32,000 nt of DNA from an uncultured Actinomycetes bacterium (GTDB lineage Bacteria; Actinomycetota; Actinomycetes; S36-B12; CAIYMF01). Location: NCBI GenBank assembly GCA_963843975.1, contig CAWJMG010000001.1, positions 750,001 through 782,000 of the forward strand, in the 5' to 3' direction. The translations under genes and the position numbers were made by a program. Below are positions 8,864 through 18,129 of this stretch, piece after piece (the first letter of the stretch is position 1; each line of letters starts with the position of its first letter). The notes beneath the pieces were generated by a model. The model had not been told where the DNA came from and did not search any database. It worked only from the letters and a program-made list of their open reading frames with translations.

Positions 8864-8896
8864 GCGAGGCCCGGACCGACCAGGTCCGGGCCTCGC
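8864..8896 (+). terminator. hairpin terminator after citA
   Basis: Perfect 14-bp stem, GCGAGGCCCGGACC (8864-8877) with GGTCCGGGCCTCGC (8883-8896), loop GACCA. It begins 15 nt after the citA stop. No T-tract, which I understand is common for terminator hairpins in high-GC actinobacteria. Confidence 0.6.
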
Positions 8897-9228
8897 TGCG
8901 TGCTCCGGCACGTGAGGCCGCCGGAGGCCGGAGCCGGGGCGACGCAGGAGGCCCGCGCGAACGGCCGACCTGCGAGCGCAGCGAGCGGCGGCCCCCGAGG
9001 TCAGAAGCCACGGCCCACCGCACCGGCGGAGGACGGGCGCCGGGGCCGAGGGGCGAGGCCCTGCGCGTCCGGCCGACCGCGAAGCAGCCGGTGCCGCCGC
9101 GCAGCGGCCAGTAACGCGCGTCTCACGGGCTGGAACCCGGCGACGGGCGGGTCTGCGGCCTTCCTACGCTTGTCGTACCGCCGCGGACCGCTGGCCGCGA
9201 GCGCCGTACCCGAGACGAAGGCCTCACC

Positions 9229-10360
<1,132 letters not shown>

Positions 10361-10456
10361 GCACCCCGCCGCTCGGACTGATCGAAGCGTCGCTTCCCGC
10401 TCCGGGAGACGACGGTTCGACCCGTCTCAGCGCGGGCGCGTACGGCGAGGTGCTCG

Positions 10457-11656
10457 ATGGCTGAGGCCGTGACCACCGCACGGCACGACCTCGTGCGCGA
10501 CCGCCCGACGTGGCTGTCGTACCTCAACATCGGCCTGTTCGGGTACTTCCTCTACGCCTTCGGCCCGACCGTGGCGCTGCTGCGCGACGAGCAGGGCTAC
10601 ACGCGCTCTGTCGCGTCGCTGCACGGCACCGCGATGGCGGTCGGCTCGGTGCTGGTGGGTCTGACCGCGACGCGCTTCGTGCGCTGGATGGGTCGCGGCG
10701 CGATGCTGCGCCTCGGGTCGGCGCTCATGGCCGGAGGCATCGTCATCTACACGGGCTTCGACCCGCTGCCGCTGACGCTGCTCGGCATCTTCCTTGCCGC
10801 GTGCGGCGGCACGTTCGCGATGGTCGGCGTCAACGCGTTCCTGCCCGCGCACCACGGTGCCGCGAGCGCGCGCGCCATGAGCGAGGCGCACGGCCTCGGC
10901 GCCACGATGGGCCTGCTCGGTCCGCTGGCGATCGGGGGCGGCGTCGCGATCGGCTGGGGCTGGCGCCCGGGACTCCTCGCGACCTGCGCCGGGCTCGTCG
11001 TGCTCGAGGTGCTGCGCGGACGCCGGCTCTCGGACTTCGACACCAGGCTCGACCACCACGCCGCGGCTCCGTCGTCCGAGAAGCGTGCGCCGCTGCCGCG
11101 CCTCTACTGGTACGCGTTCGCCGTGTTCGCCCTGTGCGCCGGCACGGAGTTCTCGCTCACGCTCTGGGGCAGCGACCTGCTGCGCGACCGTGCGGGCCTC
11201 GGCGAGGCCGCCGCTGCCGCCGCACTGGTCACGATCGTCGGCGGCATGGCGGTCGGCAGGGTCGGCGGCAGCGCCGTGGTCGGCCGCTTCGAACCCGACC
11301 ACGTGCTCATGGGCACGATGGCCCTGTCGATCGTGGGCTTCGCCGTCGCGTGGTTCTCGAGCTCGCCGGTGCCCATGCTCGTCGGCTTTGCGATCACCGG
11401 TCTCGGGCTCGGCCTCCAGTCGCCACTGGCAATCAGTCGTGCGGTGCTGGCGTCCGGCGGCCAGGTAGATCGAGGCGCTGGCCTCACATCGGTCGCAGCC
11501 GGGGCGGCGAGCGGCATCGCGCCGTTCGTGCTCGCGGCCGTCGCCGACGCGATCGGCGTGCACCTCGCGTTCCTGCTCGTGCCGCTCCTCCTCGCGACGG
11601 GGATCGCGCTGGTGCTCACGGGGCGAGTACCCCCTGGCGGCGTGCTTCCCGCCTGA
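10457..11656 (+). CDS. MFS transporter
   Basis: 399-aa ORF with ATG start and about 12 hydrophobic segments with a central loop (RGRRLSDFDTRLDHHAAAPSSEKR). Substrate unknown. Confidence 0.8.
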   Translation: MAEAVTTARHDLVRDRPTWLSYLNIGLFGYFLYAFGPTVALLRDEQGYTRSVASLHGTAMAVGSVLVGLTATRFVRWMGRGAMLRLGSALMAGGIVIYTGFDPLPLTLLGIFLAACGGTFAMVGVNAFLPAHHGAASARAMSEAHGLGATMGLLGPLAIGGGVAIGWGWRPGLLATCAGLVVLEVLRGRRLSDFDTRLDHHAAAPSSEKRAPLPRLYWYAFAVFALCAGTEFSLTLWGSDLLRDRAGLGEAAAAAALVTIVGGMAVGRVGGSAVVGRFEPDHVLMGTMALSIVGFAVAWFSSSPVPMLVGFAITGLGLGLQSPLAISRAVLASGGQVDRGAGLTSVAAGAASGIAPFVLAAVADAIGVHLAFLLVPLLLATGIALVLTGRVPPGGVLPA

Positions 11657-11728
11657 CTACGCACGCCGTGCCGTGCGCCGACCCGCGGCGCCGAGGACAG
11701 AGGACGACTTCGGGGCTCCAGCGAGTCC

Positions 11729-14030
11729 TCAGAGGTCGACCGTGATGCTGTCACCGGATGCACGCGAGCAGCAGGCCATCATGGTGCGAGACGCCTGCCG
11801 CTCCGCAACGCTGAGCACGAGATCACGATGATCGATGCCCCCGCTGAGGACGCCGACCTCGCACGACCCGCAGATGCCCTCCTCGCAGTCGCTCTGCACG
11901 TCGATGTTCGCCTCGCGGAGGACTTGCAGCACGGTCTTGTCCCTACCGACACGGAGTCGCAGACCAGAGTCAGCCAGCGTGACGTCGAACTCGTGCTCGT
12001 TCTCAGGATCGAGCAGCGTGCCCGCGGAAGCGAAGTGCTCCGTCCGCAGGGCTGATGCCGGCCACGCGGTCATCGCCTCGGCGAGTCCGTCGAGCAGACG
12101 TGTCGGGCCGCAGGCGTAGACGGTGGTGCCGTCCTCCGGACTGCCGAACAGCGCCGGAAGGTCCATGCGGGTCCCCTCGTCGCTGACGAACACCTGCAGC
12201 CTTTCGCCGTGCTCGGCGACGAGCTCGTCGACGAACGCCATGGTCCGGCGCGTCGATCCCGCATAGAGGAGCGTGTAGTCCTGGCCCTCCCGGGCAGCCT
12301 GGGCTGCGAGGGCCATGACCGGCGTGACACCGATGCCTCCCGCTACGAACACGTGGCGTCCCGCGTCGGGGTCGAGGCGGAAATGGTTGCGCGGGCCGCG
12401 GACGACGACCTCGTCGCCGATGTGCAGCTCGTCGTGCACCCACCGAGATCCACCGCGGCCCTCAGGCTCCCGCAGGACGGCGATCACGTGGTGCTGGCGG
12501 TCCGCCGGGTCGCCGCACAGAGAGTACTGCCGCGAGAGACCGCCGCAGTCGAGGTCGATGTGCGACCCGGCGGTCCACGCGGGCACCGTTTCACCTTCGG
12601 GCGCACTCAGGGTGAGCCGCAGGATGCCGTCCGCCACGACCTCGCGCGCGCTCACCGTCAGCGTCTGGCTGAGGAGGCGGGACGAGGGCTGGCCGATGAC
12701 GAGCTCGCTGCGCTCAGCGAGGACGGACGGGGTCGACCGCTCCGGGTTGACGGCAGGGTCCCACTCGACCCACAGGTGCTCGGGGCCGCGGAACGAGGTG
12801 TTTGAGAGGTAGGTGAACTCCTGCTCGGCGATCCGCAGGTGCGGGATGCGTCGGGTCAGCTCCTCGAGGAAGATCTGGAGCTCCATGCGCGCGAGGTTCT
12901 TGCCCATGCACTGGTGGCTCCCGAACCCGAAGCTCAGGTGCTCGCCCGCGTTCACGCGGCGGATGTCGAGTGCATCCGGGTCGTCGAAGTGGCGTTCGTC
13001 GTGGTTGGCCGACGAGTTAGCGATGAGCACCCTCGACCCTGCCGGCAGGCGGACTCCGCCCAGCTCGGTGTCCCGAGTGGTGATGCGCCGCCACGCGATG
13101 ATCGACCCCGAGTGCCGGAGGCACTCCTCCACCGCGTTGGGGATGAGCGACGGATCCCTCACCAGGGCGGTCCACGCGTCACCGTCCTCGAGGAGGAGGC
13201 GAATAGCGTTCGCCGAGGCGTTGGCCGTCGTCTCATGGGCCGCGACGATGCCGGCCATCATGATCGAGTGAACGTACGAGTCGGTCACGACCTCGGGCTG
13301 TTCGCGGTTCTGCCTGATGCTGTAGGGCATCCAGCCCGGGCCTTCGGGCGCGGCGCGAAGTCGGTCGACGATCTCGCCGGACAGCTGCCAGAACCGCCCG
13401 ACTCCCTCGGCTACGGCGAGCTGCTCCTCAGGCGCCGGCCGCCCCCACGTGTTGACCGTGTGCGCCACGGAGAACCGGCGCAGCCGAGCCTTGTCGTCCT
13501 CGGGCACGCCGAGGAACGTGAGAGCCACGGTCAGCGTCGCCTCCCACAGCAGCTGGTTGACGAGGTCCGCTCGCCCGTCGTCGATGAAGGCGTCGACGTA
13601 CTCGCGGATGACCCGGCGGAGCTCCTCCTCGTGGTGGGCGAGCTGCACGGGGGAGGAACGGCTCCATGAGGGCGCGCCTGCGCGGCATGTGCGCGGGCTC
13701 GTCCTCGTTCACCAGCGTGCGTGACATCGCGTACCCGTACGACTCCAGGACGGCCATCGCCTCCGGGCTCGTCGGGGTGATCTTCTCAAGGGCGATGGAC
13801 GGCGAGTACGTGACGTTGTCGCGGAACACTTCCTTGACGTCGTCGTACCGCGTGACGACCCAGTAACCGATCGTCGGGTTGAAGAAGACCGGCTCCTCGT
13901 CGCGCGACCATCGGAGCGTGGAGGGAGGGTCGCTGAGGTACTGCTGGCTGAAAGGGTCGAAGGCCGCAGCGCGTGCGCTCACCTCGGCCGCACCGGCGCC
14001 GCCGTGGTCGACCGGGCAGCCCGACATCAC
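11729..14030 (-). pseudogene. self-sufficient cytochrome P450 fused to a phthalate-dioxygenase-reductase-type flavin/[2Fe-2S] module (class VII, CYP116B-like); frame broken in a G5 run
   Basis: N-terminal ~125 aa come from ORF 13428..14030(-) down to ...PRRRALMEPFLP. The rest comes from ORF 11729..13648(-), starting VQLAHHEEELRR. P450 motifs: AAHETT (I-helix), EECLRH (ExxR), FGFGSHQCMGKNLA (heme Cys loop). Reductase motifs: SRQYS, GGIGVTP, CEEGICGSCE..x..C. The junction is at G-run 13649-13653, and removing one G restores a single ~765-aa ORF. The start (GTG 14030 or ATG 14027) overlaps the hmgA stop. Confidence 0.8.
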
Positions 14031-15226
14031 GCACCTCCCCAGGGTCGACGCCCGGCGGTCCAGCTCCAGGCGTACACGCCGTCATCCGCGGCGTCCGCGG
14101 CCTCACCGATCTCCAGTGGCCGGAAAGTGTCGACCATGACCGCTGTCTCGTCGAAGAAGTCGACGCCGATCGAAGCCTCCATCGCACCTGGCTGAGGGCC
14201 GTGCGCATGGCCGCCGGGATGGAGCGAGATCGACCCTGGCCCGATACCCGAGCCCTTGCGCGCTTCGTAGTTGCCTGCGACGTAGAACATGACCTCGTCG
14301 GAGTCGACGTTGGAGTGGTAGTACGGCACCGGGATCGCCTGCGGGTGGTAGTCGACCTTGCGCGGCACGAAGTTGCAGATGACGAAGCCATGCCCCTCGA
14401 ACACCTGGTGCACCGGAGGCGGCTGGTGCACCTTGCCCGTGATGGGCATGTAGTCGGCGATGTTGAACGTGTACGGATAGAGATAGCCATCCCAGGCGAC
14501 GACGTCGAAGGGGTGGGTGTCGTAGACGAGGACCGATCCCACGACCGGGGTGGACCTGCCTCCCCGGTGCTTCACGTACACCGGGACGTCACGGCCTTCG
14601 CGCACCAGCGGTGCGCTCGGCCCGTGGAGGTCGCGTTCGCAGTAGGGCGCGTGCTCGAGGAACTGGCCGAACCGGGACAGGTAGTGCCTGGGCGGAACGA
14701 TGTGGCTGCTCGACTCCACCACGTAGAGGCGGCTCGGCTCGCTCGGGACCCAGGCATGGTTCGTCGCACGTGGGATCACGACGTAGTCGCCCGCGACATA
14801 GGGCAGGGCACCGAACATGGTCTCCACGACGCCGGACCCCGACTCGACGTAGACGCACTCGTCGCCGATGCCGTTGCGGTAGATCGGTGACGGCGCCGAC
14901 GCCACGACGTACTGGATCCGTACGTCGTCATTCCCCAGCACCAGGCGCCGCCCGCGCACAGCGTCGACGTCAACCGCGAACTCGAGGTCGTGCAGACGGA
15001 GATGCAGCGGCAGCATCGGATGGTTGGGCCGCGTCGCACCGCTCGCGAGCTCCCACACCTGCGAGTCCACTATCGCCGATGGCAATGCTCGGTGGTAGAG
15101 GAGCGCGGAGTCCGACGAGAAGCCCTCCTCGCCCATGAGCTCCTCGTACAGGAGCGAGCCGTCTCCGGTGCGCATCGCGGTGTGCCGCTGACGGGGGACC
15201 TCGCCGATCCGCTGGTAGTGTGCCAC
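14027..15226 (-). CDS. hmgA: homogentisate 1,2-dioxygenase
   Basis: 399 aa. GTG 15226 is preceded by GGAGAA. Motifs: YYHSNVDSDEVMFYVAGNYEARKG and SISLHPGGHAHGPQPG (His/Glu/His iron-ligand region of the HGD family), plus FVICNFVPRKVDYHP. Confidence 0.88.
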   Translation of the reverse strand: MAHYQRIGEVPRQRHTAMRTGDGSLLYEELMGEEGFSSDSALLYHRALPSAIVDSQVWELASGATRPNHPMLPLHLRLHDLEFAVDVDAVRGRRLVLGNDDVRIQYVVASAPSPIYRNGIGDECVYVESGSGVVETMFGALPYVAGDYVVIPRATNHAWVPSEPSRLYVVESSSHIVPPRHYLSRFGQFLEHAPYCERDLHGPSAPLVREGRDVPVYVKHRGGRSTPVVGSVLVYDTHPFDVVAWDGYLYPYTFNIADYMPITGKVHQPPPVHQVFEGHGFVICNFVPRKVDYHPQAIPVPYYHSNVDSDEVMFYVAGNYEARKGSGIGPGSISLHPGGHAHGPQPGAMEASIGVDFFDETAVMVDTFRPLEIGEAADAADDGVYAWSWTAGRRPWGGA

Positions 15227-15294
15227 CCGCTTCTCCGATCATTATTTGAGACAGTCAGTACCACTATGCGCGATAGTTGGATATCGTCCTGGCC
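15227..15294. promoter_or_regulatory. divergent promoter/operator region between hmgA and the fahA operon
   Basis: A conspicuously AT-rich stretch (ATTATTTGAGACAGTCAGTACCACTATGCGCGATAGTTGGATATCG) in an otherwise GC-rich locus. It contains the inverted repeat ACTAT-N5-ATAGT at 15263-15277. No confident -35/-10 assignment. Confidence 0.4.
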
Positions 15295-16194
15295 ATGTCA
15301 ACCCCCCTCTGGGTCGGCGCCCGCCATCTCGTCGACGACGCCGCCGTCTTCCCTCCGGGCAACCTCCCGCTGCCGGACGCGGTGCGCGCGCATGCCAGCT
15401 ACCGCCGCGACCCGCAGCTCGATGGGATCGTCGGCCCGTTCGTGCTGCGTGCAGCCGACGTCGGCACCGCGCTCGGCCACGCGGCTGGGCACGTGGAGCC
15501 GCTGGACATCAGCCCGATCGTCCTCGGGGCGTCCGGGATCACGGATGCGCTGGACGACTGGGCGTTCGACCCGCGGGTGCGCATCGCTGCTTTCGAGGTG
15601 ACGGCGACCTCGATCAGCGCATCGGACGCCGCGGCCCGTCTCGACTCCGTGGCCCACACGGTGGTCGACGAGCGCCGCAAGTCCCGGCTCGACCCTGGAG
15701 TCGCGGTGTTCGTGGAGGTGGGCTGGGAGGCGCTGCAGCACGGGGGCGCGGAAGTCGTCGCCCGCAGGGCCAACGCCCTAGGCCTCGGGATGAAGCTGCG
15801 GACCGGGGGCGTCGTGGCCGAGGCGTTCCCCAGCGAGGTGCAGCTCGGCGCGACCATCCTGGCGCTGGTGACGGCGGGAGCGCCGTTCAAGTGCACCGCG
15901 GGTCTTCACCACGCCGTGCGCCACCGCGACCCCACGACCGGCTTCGAGCACCTCGGCTTCCTCAACGTCCTGGCGGCGACCGTCCTGGCCGGCTCGGGTG
16001 CCGACGAGGCGGCGGTCTCCGCGGCCGTGTCCGAGCAGGATGCGGACAAGGTCGTCGCCACGCTCGTCGACGCGAGCGACGACGCGCTGGCGGACGCGCG
16101 CGCGTCGTTCCGCTCGTACGGTTCGTGCAGCATCACCGAGCCGGTCGAGGAGCTCGCGCGGCTCGGCCTCCTCGCGTCCAAGGAGGCGGTGTGA
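15295..16194 (+). CDS. conserved-looking protein of unknown function, co-translated with fahA
   Basis: ORF 15277..16194(+). The start is either TTG 15277 or ATG 15295 (MSTPLWVGARH). The stop overlaps the fahA GTG (GTGA 16191-16194). Motifs GMKLRTGG and FKCTAGLHHAVRH. I cannot assign a family. Confidence 0.7.
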   Translation: MSTPLWVGARHLVDDAAVFPPGNLPLPDAVRAHASYRRDPQLDGIVGPFVLRAADVGTALGHAAGHVEPLDISPIVLGASGITDALDDWAFDPRVRIAAFEVTATSISASDAAARLDSVAHTVVDERRKSRLDPGVAVFVEVGWEALQHGGAEVVARRANALGLGMKLRTGGVVAEAFPSEVQLGATILALVTAGAPFKCTAGLHHAVRHRDPTTGFEHLGFLNVLAATVLAGSGADEAAVSAAVSEQDADKVVATLVDASDDALADARASFRSYGSCSITEPVEELARLGLLASKEAV

Positions 16195-17390
16195 CCAACG
16201 ATCCGACCTGGGTTCCCGGCGCTGCTGGTTCCGGCTTCGGCAGCGATCACCTCCCCTTCGGACGCAGCATGCACGCGGACGGTTCGTCGTCGGTCGTGGT
16301 GCGGGTCGGCGAGCACGCGCTCGACGTGACCCAGGCCGTGGACGACCGTTCGGCAGCCCTCTTCGCCTCAGGCCGCCTCGAGCCCTTCCTCGCCGCGGGA
16401 CCGGCCGTCTGGGCGGAGGTGCGCGAGCAGATCCGCACAGCGGTCACCCACGAGGACCGTGCGGACGGGCTCATGCCGGTGTTGCAGCCGGTTGCCGATC
16501 TGCGCCTTGGTCTCCCCGTCGACGTCCCCGACTACGTGGACTTCTACGCCTCGCTCGACCACGCGACGAACGTCGGCCGCATGTTCCGTCCTGACGGTGA
16601 TGCTCTGCTGCCCAACTGGCGGCACCTGCCGGTCAGCTACCACGGCCGCTCGGGAACGGTCGTCCCGAGCGGGACTCCGGTCGTACGCCCGCTGGGGCAG
16701 CGCCGCGGAACCGACGGACCCACGTTCGGTCCCAGCGGATCCCTGGACATCGAGGCAGAGCTCGGATTCGTCGTGGGCGTCCCGAGCACGCAAGGTGCAG
16801 GGGTGAGCACCGACGCCTTCACCCGCCACGTGTTCGGGGTCGTCGGCCTCAACGACTGGTCCGCTCGTGACATCCAGGCGTGGGAATACGTGCCGCTCGG
16901 GCCCCACCTGGCCAAGTCGTTCGCGACGAGCATCTCCGCATGGCTCACACCCCTGTCCGCGCTGGAGCACGCGCGATGCCCGTTGCCCGGGCAGTGGCCC
17001 GAGCCGCTGCCTCACCTGCGCATCGACGAGCCGGGCGGCTACGACATCGACGTCGAGGTCGAGGTGGCCGGCTGCGTGATCAGCCACCCGCCCTACAGCT
17101 CGATGTACTGGGGACCGGCGCAGATGCTCGCCCACCTCACGTCCAACGGCGCCTCGGTGCGCACGGGTGACCTCTTCGGGTCGGGCACCATCTCCGGCGA
17201 CGGACCTGACCAGCGGGGCTCGTTGCTGGAGCTGAGCTGGAACGGCACCGAGCCGTGGGCCGGACCGGACGGGCCTCGCAACTTCCTTGAGGACGGCGAC
17301 GACGTCGTGCTGCGCTACAGCGCCGTCGGCCGCTACGACCGGATTCAGCTCGGCGAGGTGCGTGCACGGATCGAGCCCGCACGGCAGTAG
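16191..17390 (+). CDS. fahA: fumarylacetoacetase (fumarylacetoacetate hydrolase)
   Basis: C-terminal 399 aa of ORF 15246..17390(+). GTG 16191 is preceded by AAGGAGG (16180-16186). Motifs: DFYASLDHATNVGRMFR, LPVSYHGRSGTVV, LDIEAELGFVVG, NDWSARDIQAWEYVPLGPHLAKSF, DLFGSGTISG. Confidence 0.9.
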   Translation: MTNDPTWVPGAAGSGFGSDHLPFGRSMHADGSSSVVVRVGEHALDVTQAVDDRSAALFASGRLEPFLAAGPAVWAEVREQIRTAVTHEDRADGLMPVLQPVADLRLGLPVDVPDYVDFYASLDHATNVGRMFRPDGDALLPNWRHLPVSYHGRSGTVVPSGTPVVRPLGQRRGTDGPTFGPSGSLDIEAELGFVVGVPSTQGAGVSTDAFTRHVFGVVGLNDWSARDIQAWEYVPLGPHLAKSFATSISAWLTPLSALEHARCPLPGQWPEPLPHLRIDEPGGYDIDVEVEVAGCVISHPPYSSMYWGPAQMLAHLTSNGASVRTGDLFGSGTISGDGPDQRGSLLELSWNGTEPWAGPDGPRNFLEDGDDVVLRYSAVGRYDRIQLGEVRARIEPARQ

Positions 17391-17402
17391 GCAGAGCCTC
17401 GA

Positions 17403-18068
17403 TCACAGGAGCGCGGCGGCCCGCTTCGCAGCAGCCAGCAGATGGGTGCGGGCGACGTCGACGTCGAGATCGTCGAGCGCCACGACCCCGACACTCATCT
17501 CCGGGCCGGTGCCTGCCCCTCGCGGCACCCACGTCGCAACGCCCACCGCCCCAGGCTGGAGCTGGCCGCGGGTCACGCTATAGCCGCTCGCGCGGGCCTC
17601 GACGACCTCCCGGGAGTCGTCGTCCGCCGGCTGTCGGGCGGCGAGGATTGCGTGACCGGCGGCACCGCGCGACAGCGGGTGCCGGCTGCCGACCCGGTAG
17701 CCCACGCGCAGGATCGGGCGCGACGGTTCTGCCGTCGCGACGACGATGCAGTCGTCCCGCTCGGCGATCGACACGAACGCCGTCGCTGACGCACTCTCGG
17801 CGAGAGCCTGCAGCACGGGGCGCACCTGCTCGAGGAAGCCGGGCCAGAACGCAGCGGCGAGGTACGAGACGGACCCGCCGAGCCAGAGCGTCCCGTCCTC
17901 CGCGCGCCGGACAAGTCCGTGGGACTCCAGCGTCACCACCAGGCGGTACGCATTGGCGCGCGGGATGCCGAGATCCGATCCGAGCTGGGCGACGCCCAGC
18001 ACACCGGGCCGGGATGCGACGAGGTACAAGACCTCGATCCCTCGATCGAGCGTCTGCAGTGTCTTCAC
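17403..18068 (-). CDS. IclR-family transcriptional regulator
   Basis: ORF 17403..18119(-). The N-terminal winged HTH is LQTLDRGIEVLYLVASRPGVLGVAQLGSDLGIPRANAYRLVVTLESHGLV, followed by a C-terminal effector domain. GTG 18068 gives the typical N-terminus and has GGAG upstream. GTG 18119 is the alternative start. Confidence 0.85.
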   Translation of the reverse strand: MKTLQTLDRGIEVLYLVASRPGVLGVAQLGSDLGIPRANAYRLVVTLESHGLVRRAEDGTLWLGGSVSYLAAAFWPGFLEQVRPVLQALAESASATAFVSIAERDDCIVVATAEPSRPILRVGYRVGSRHPLSRGAAGHAILAARQPADDDSREVVEARASGYSVTRGQLQPGAVGVATWVPRGAGTGPEMSVGVVALDDLDVDVARTHLLAAAKRAAALL

Positions 18069-18129
18069 GCGGTGCTCCGTCCAGGCCACGCGAAGCCTAC
18101 CGCCCAGGCGCCGTCGCACCCGTCGGCAC

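Noticed and set aside
8963-9100. Loose direct repeat GGCCGACC-GCGA-GCAGC, with copies about 108 bp apart.
   Set aside because: It is too degenerate and GC-biased to distinguish from chance. It is kept only as a note within the unassigned-spacer finding.
10406-10428. GGTTCGACC-containing hairpin (GAGACG...CGTCTC) resembling a tRNA T-arm downstream of serC.
   Set aside because: The loop is 6 nt rather than 7. No complementary acceptor stem or D/anticodon arms could be built in the surrounding ~75 nt. It is more likely a weak serC terminator hairpin.
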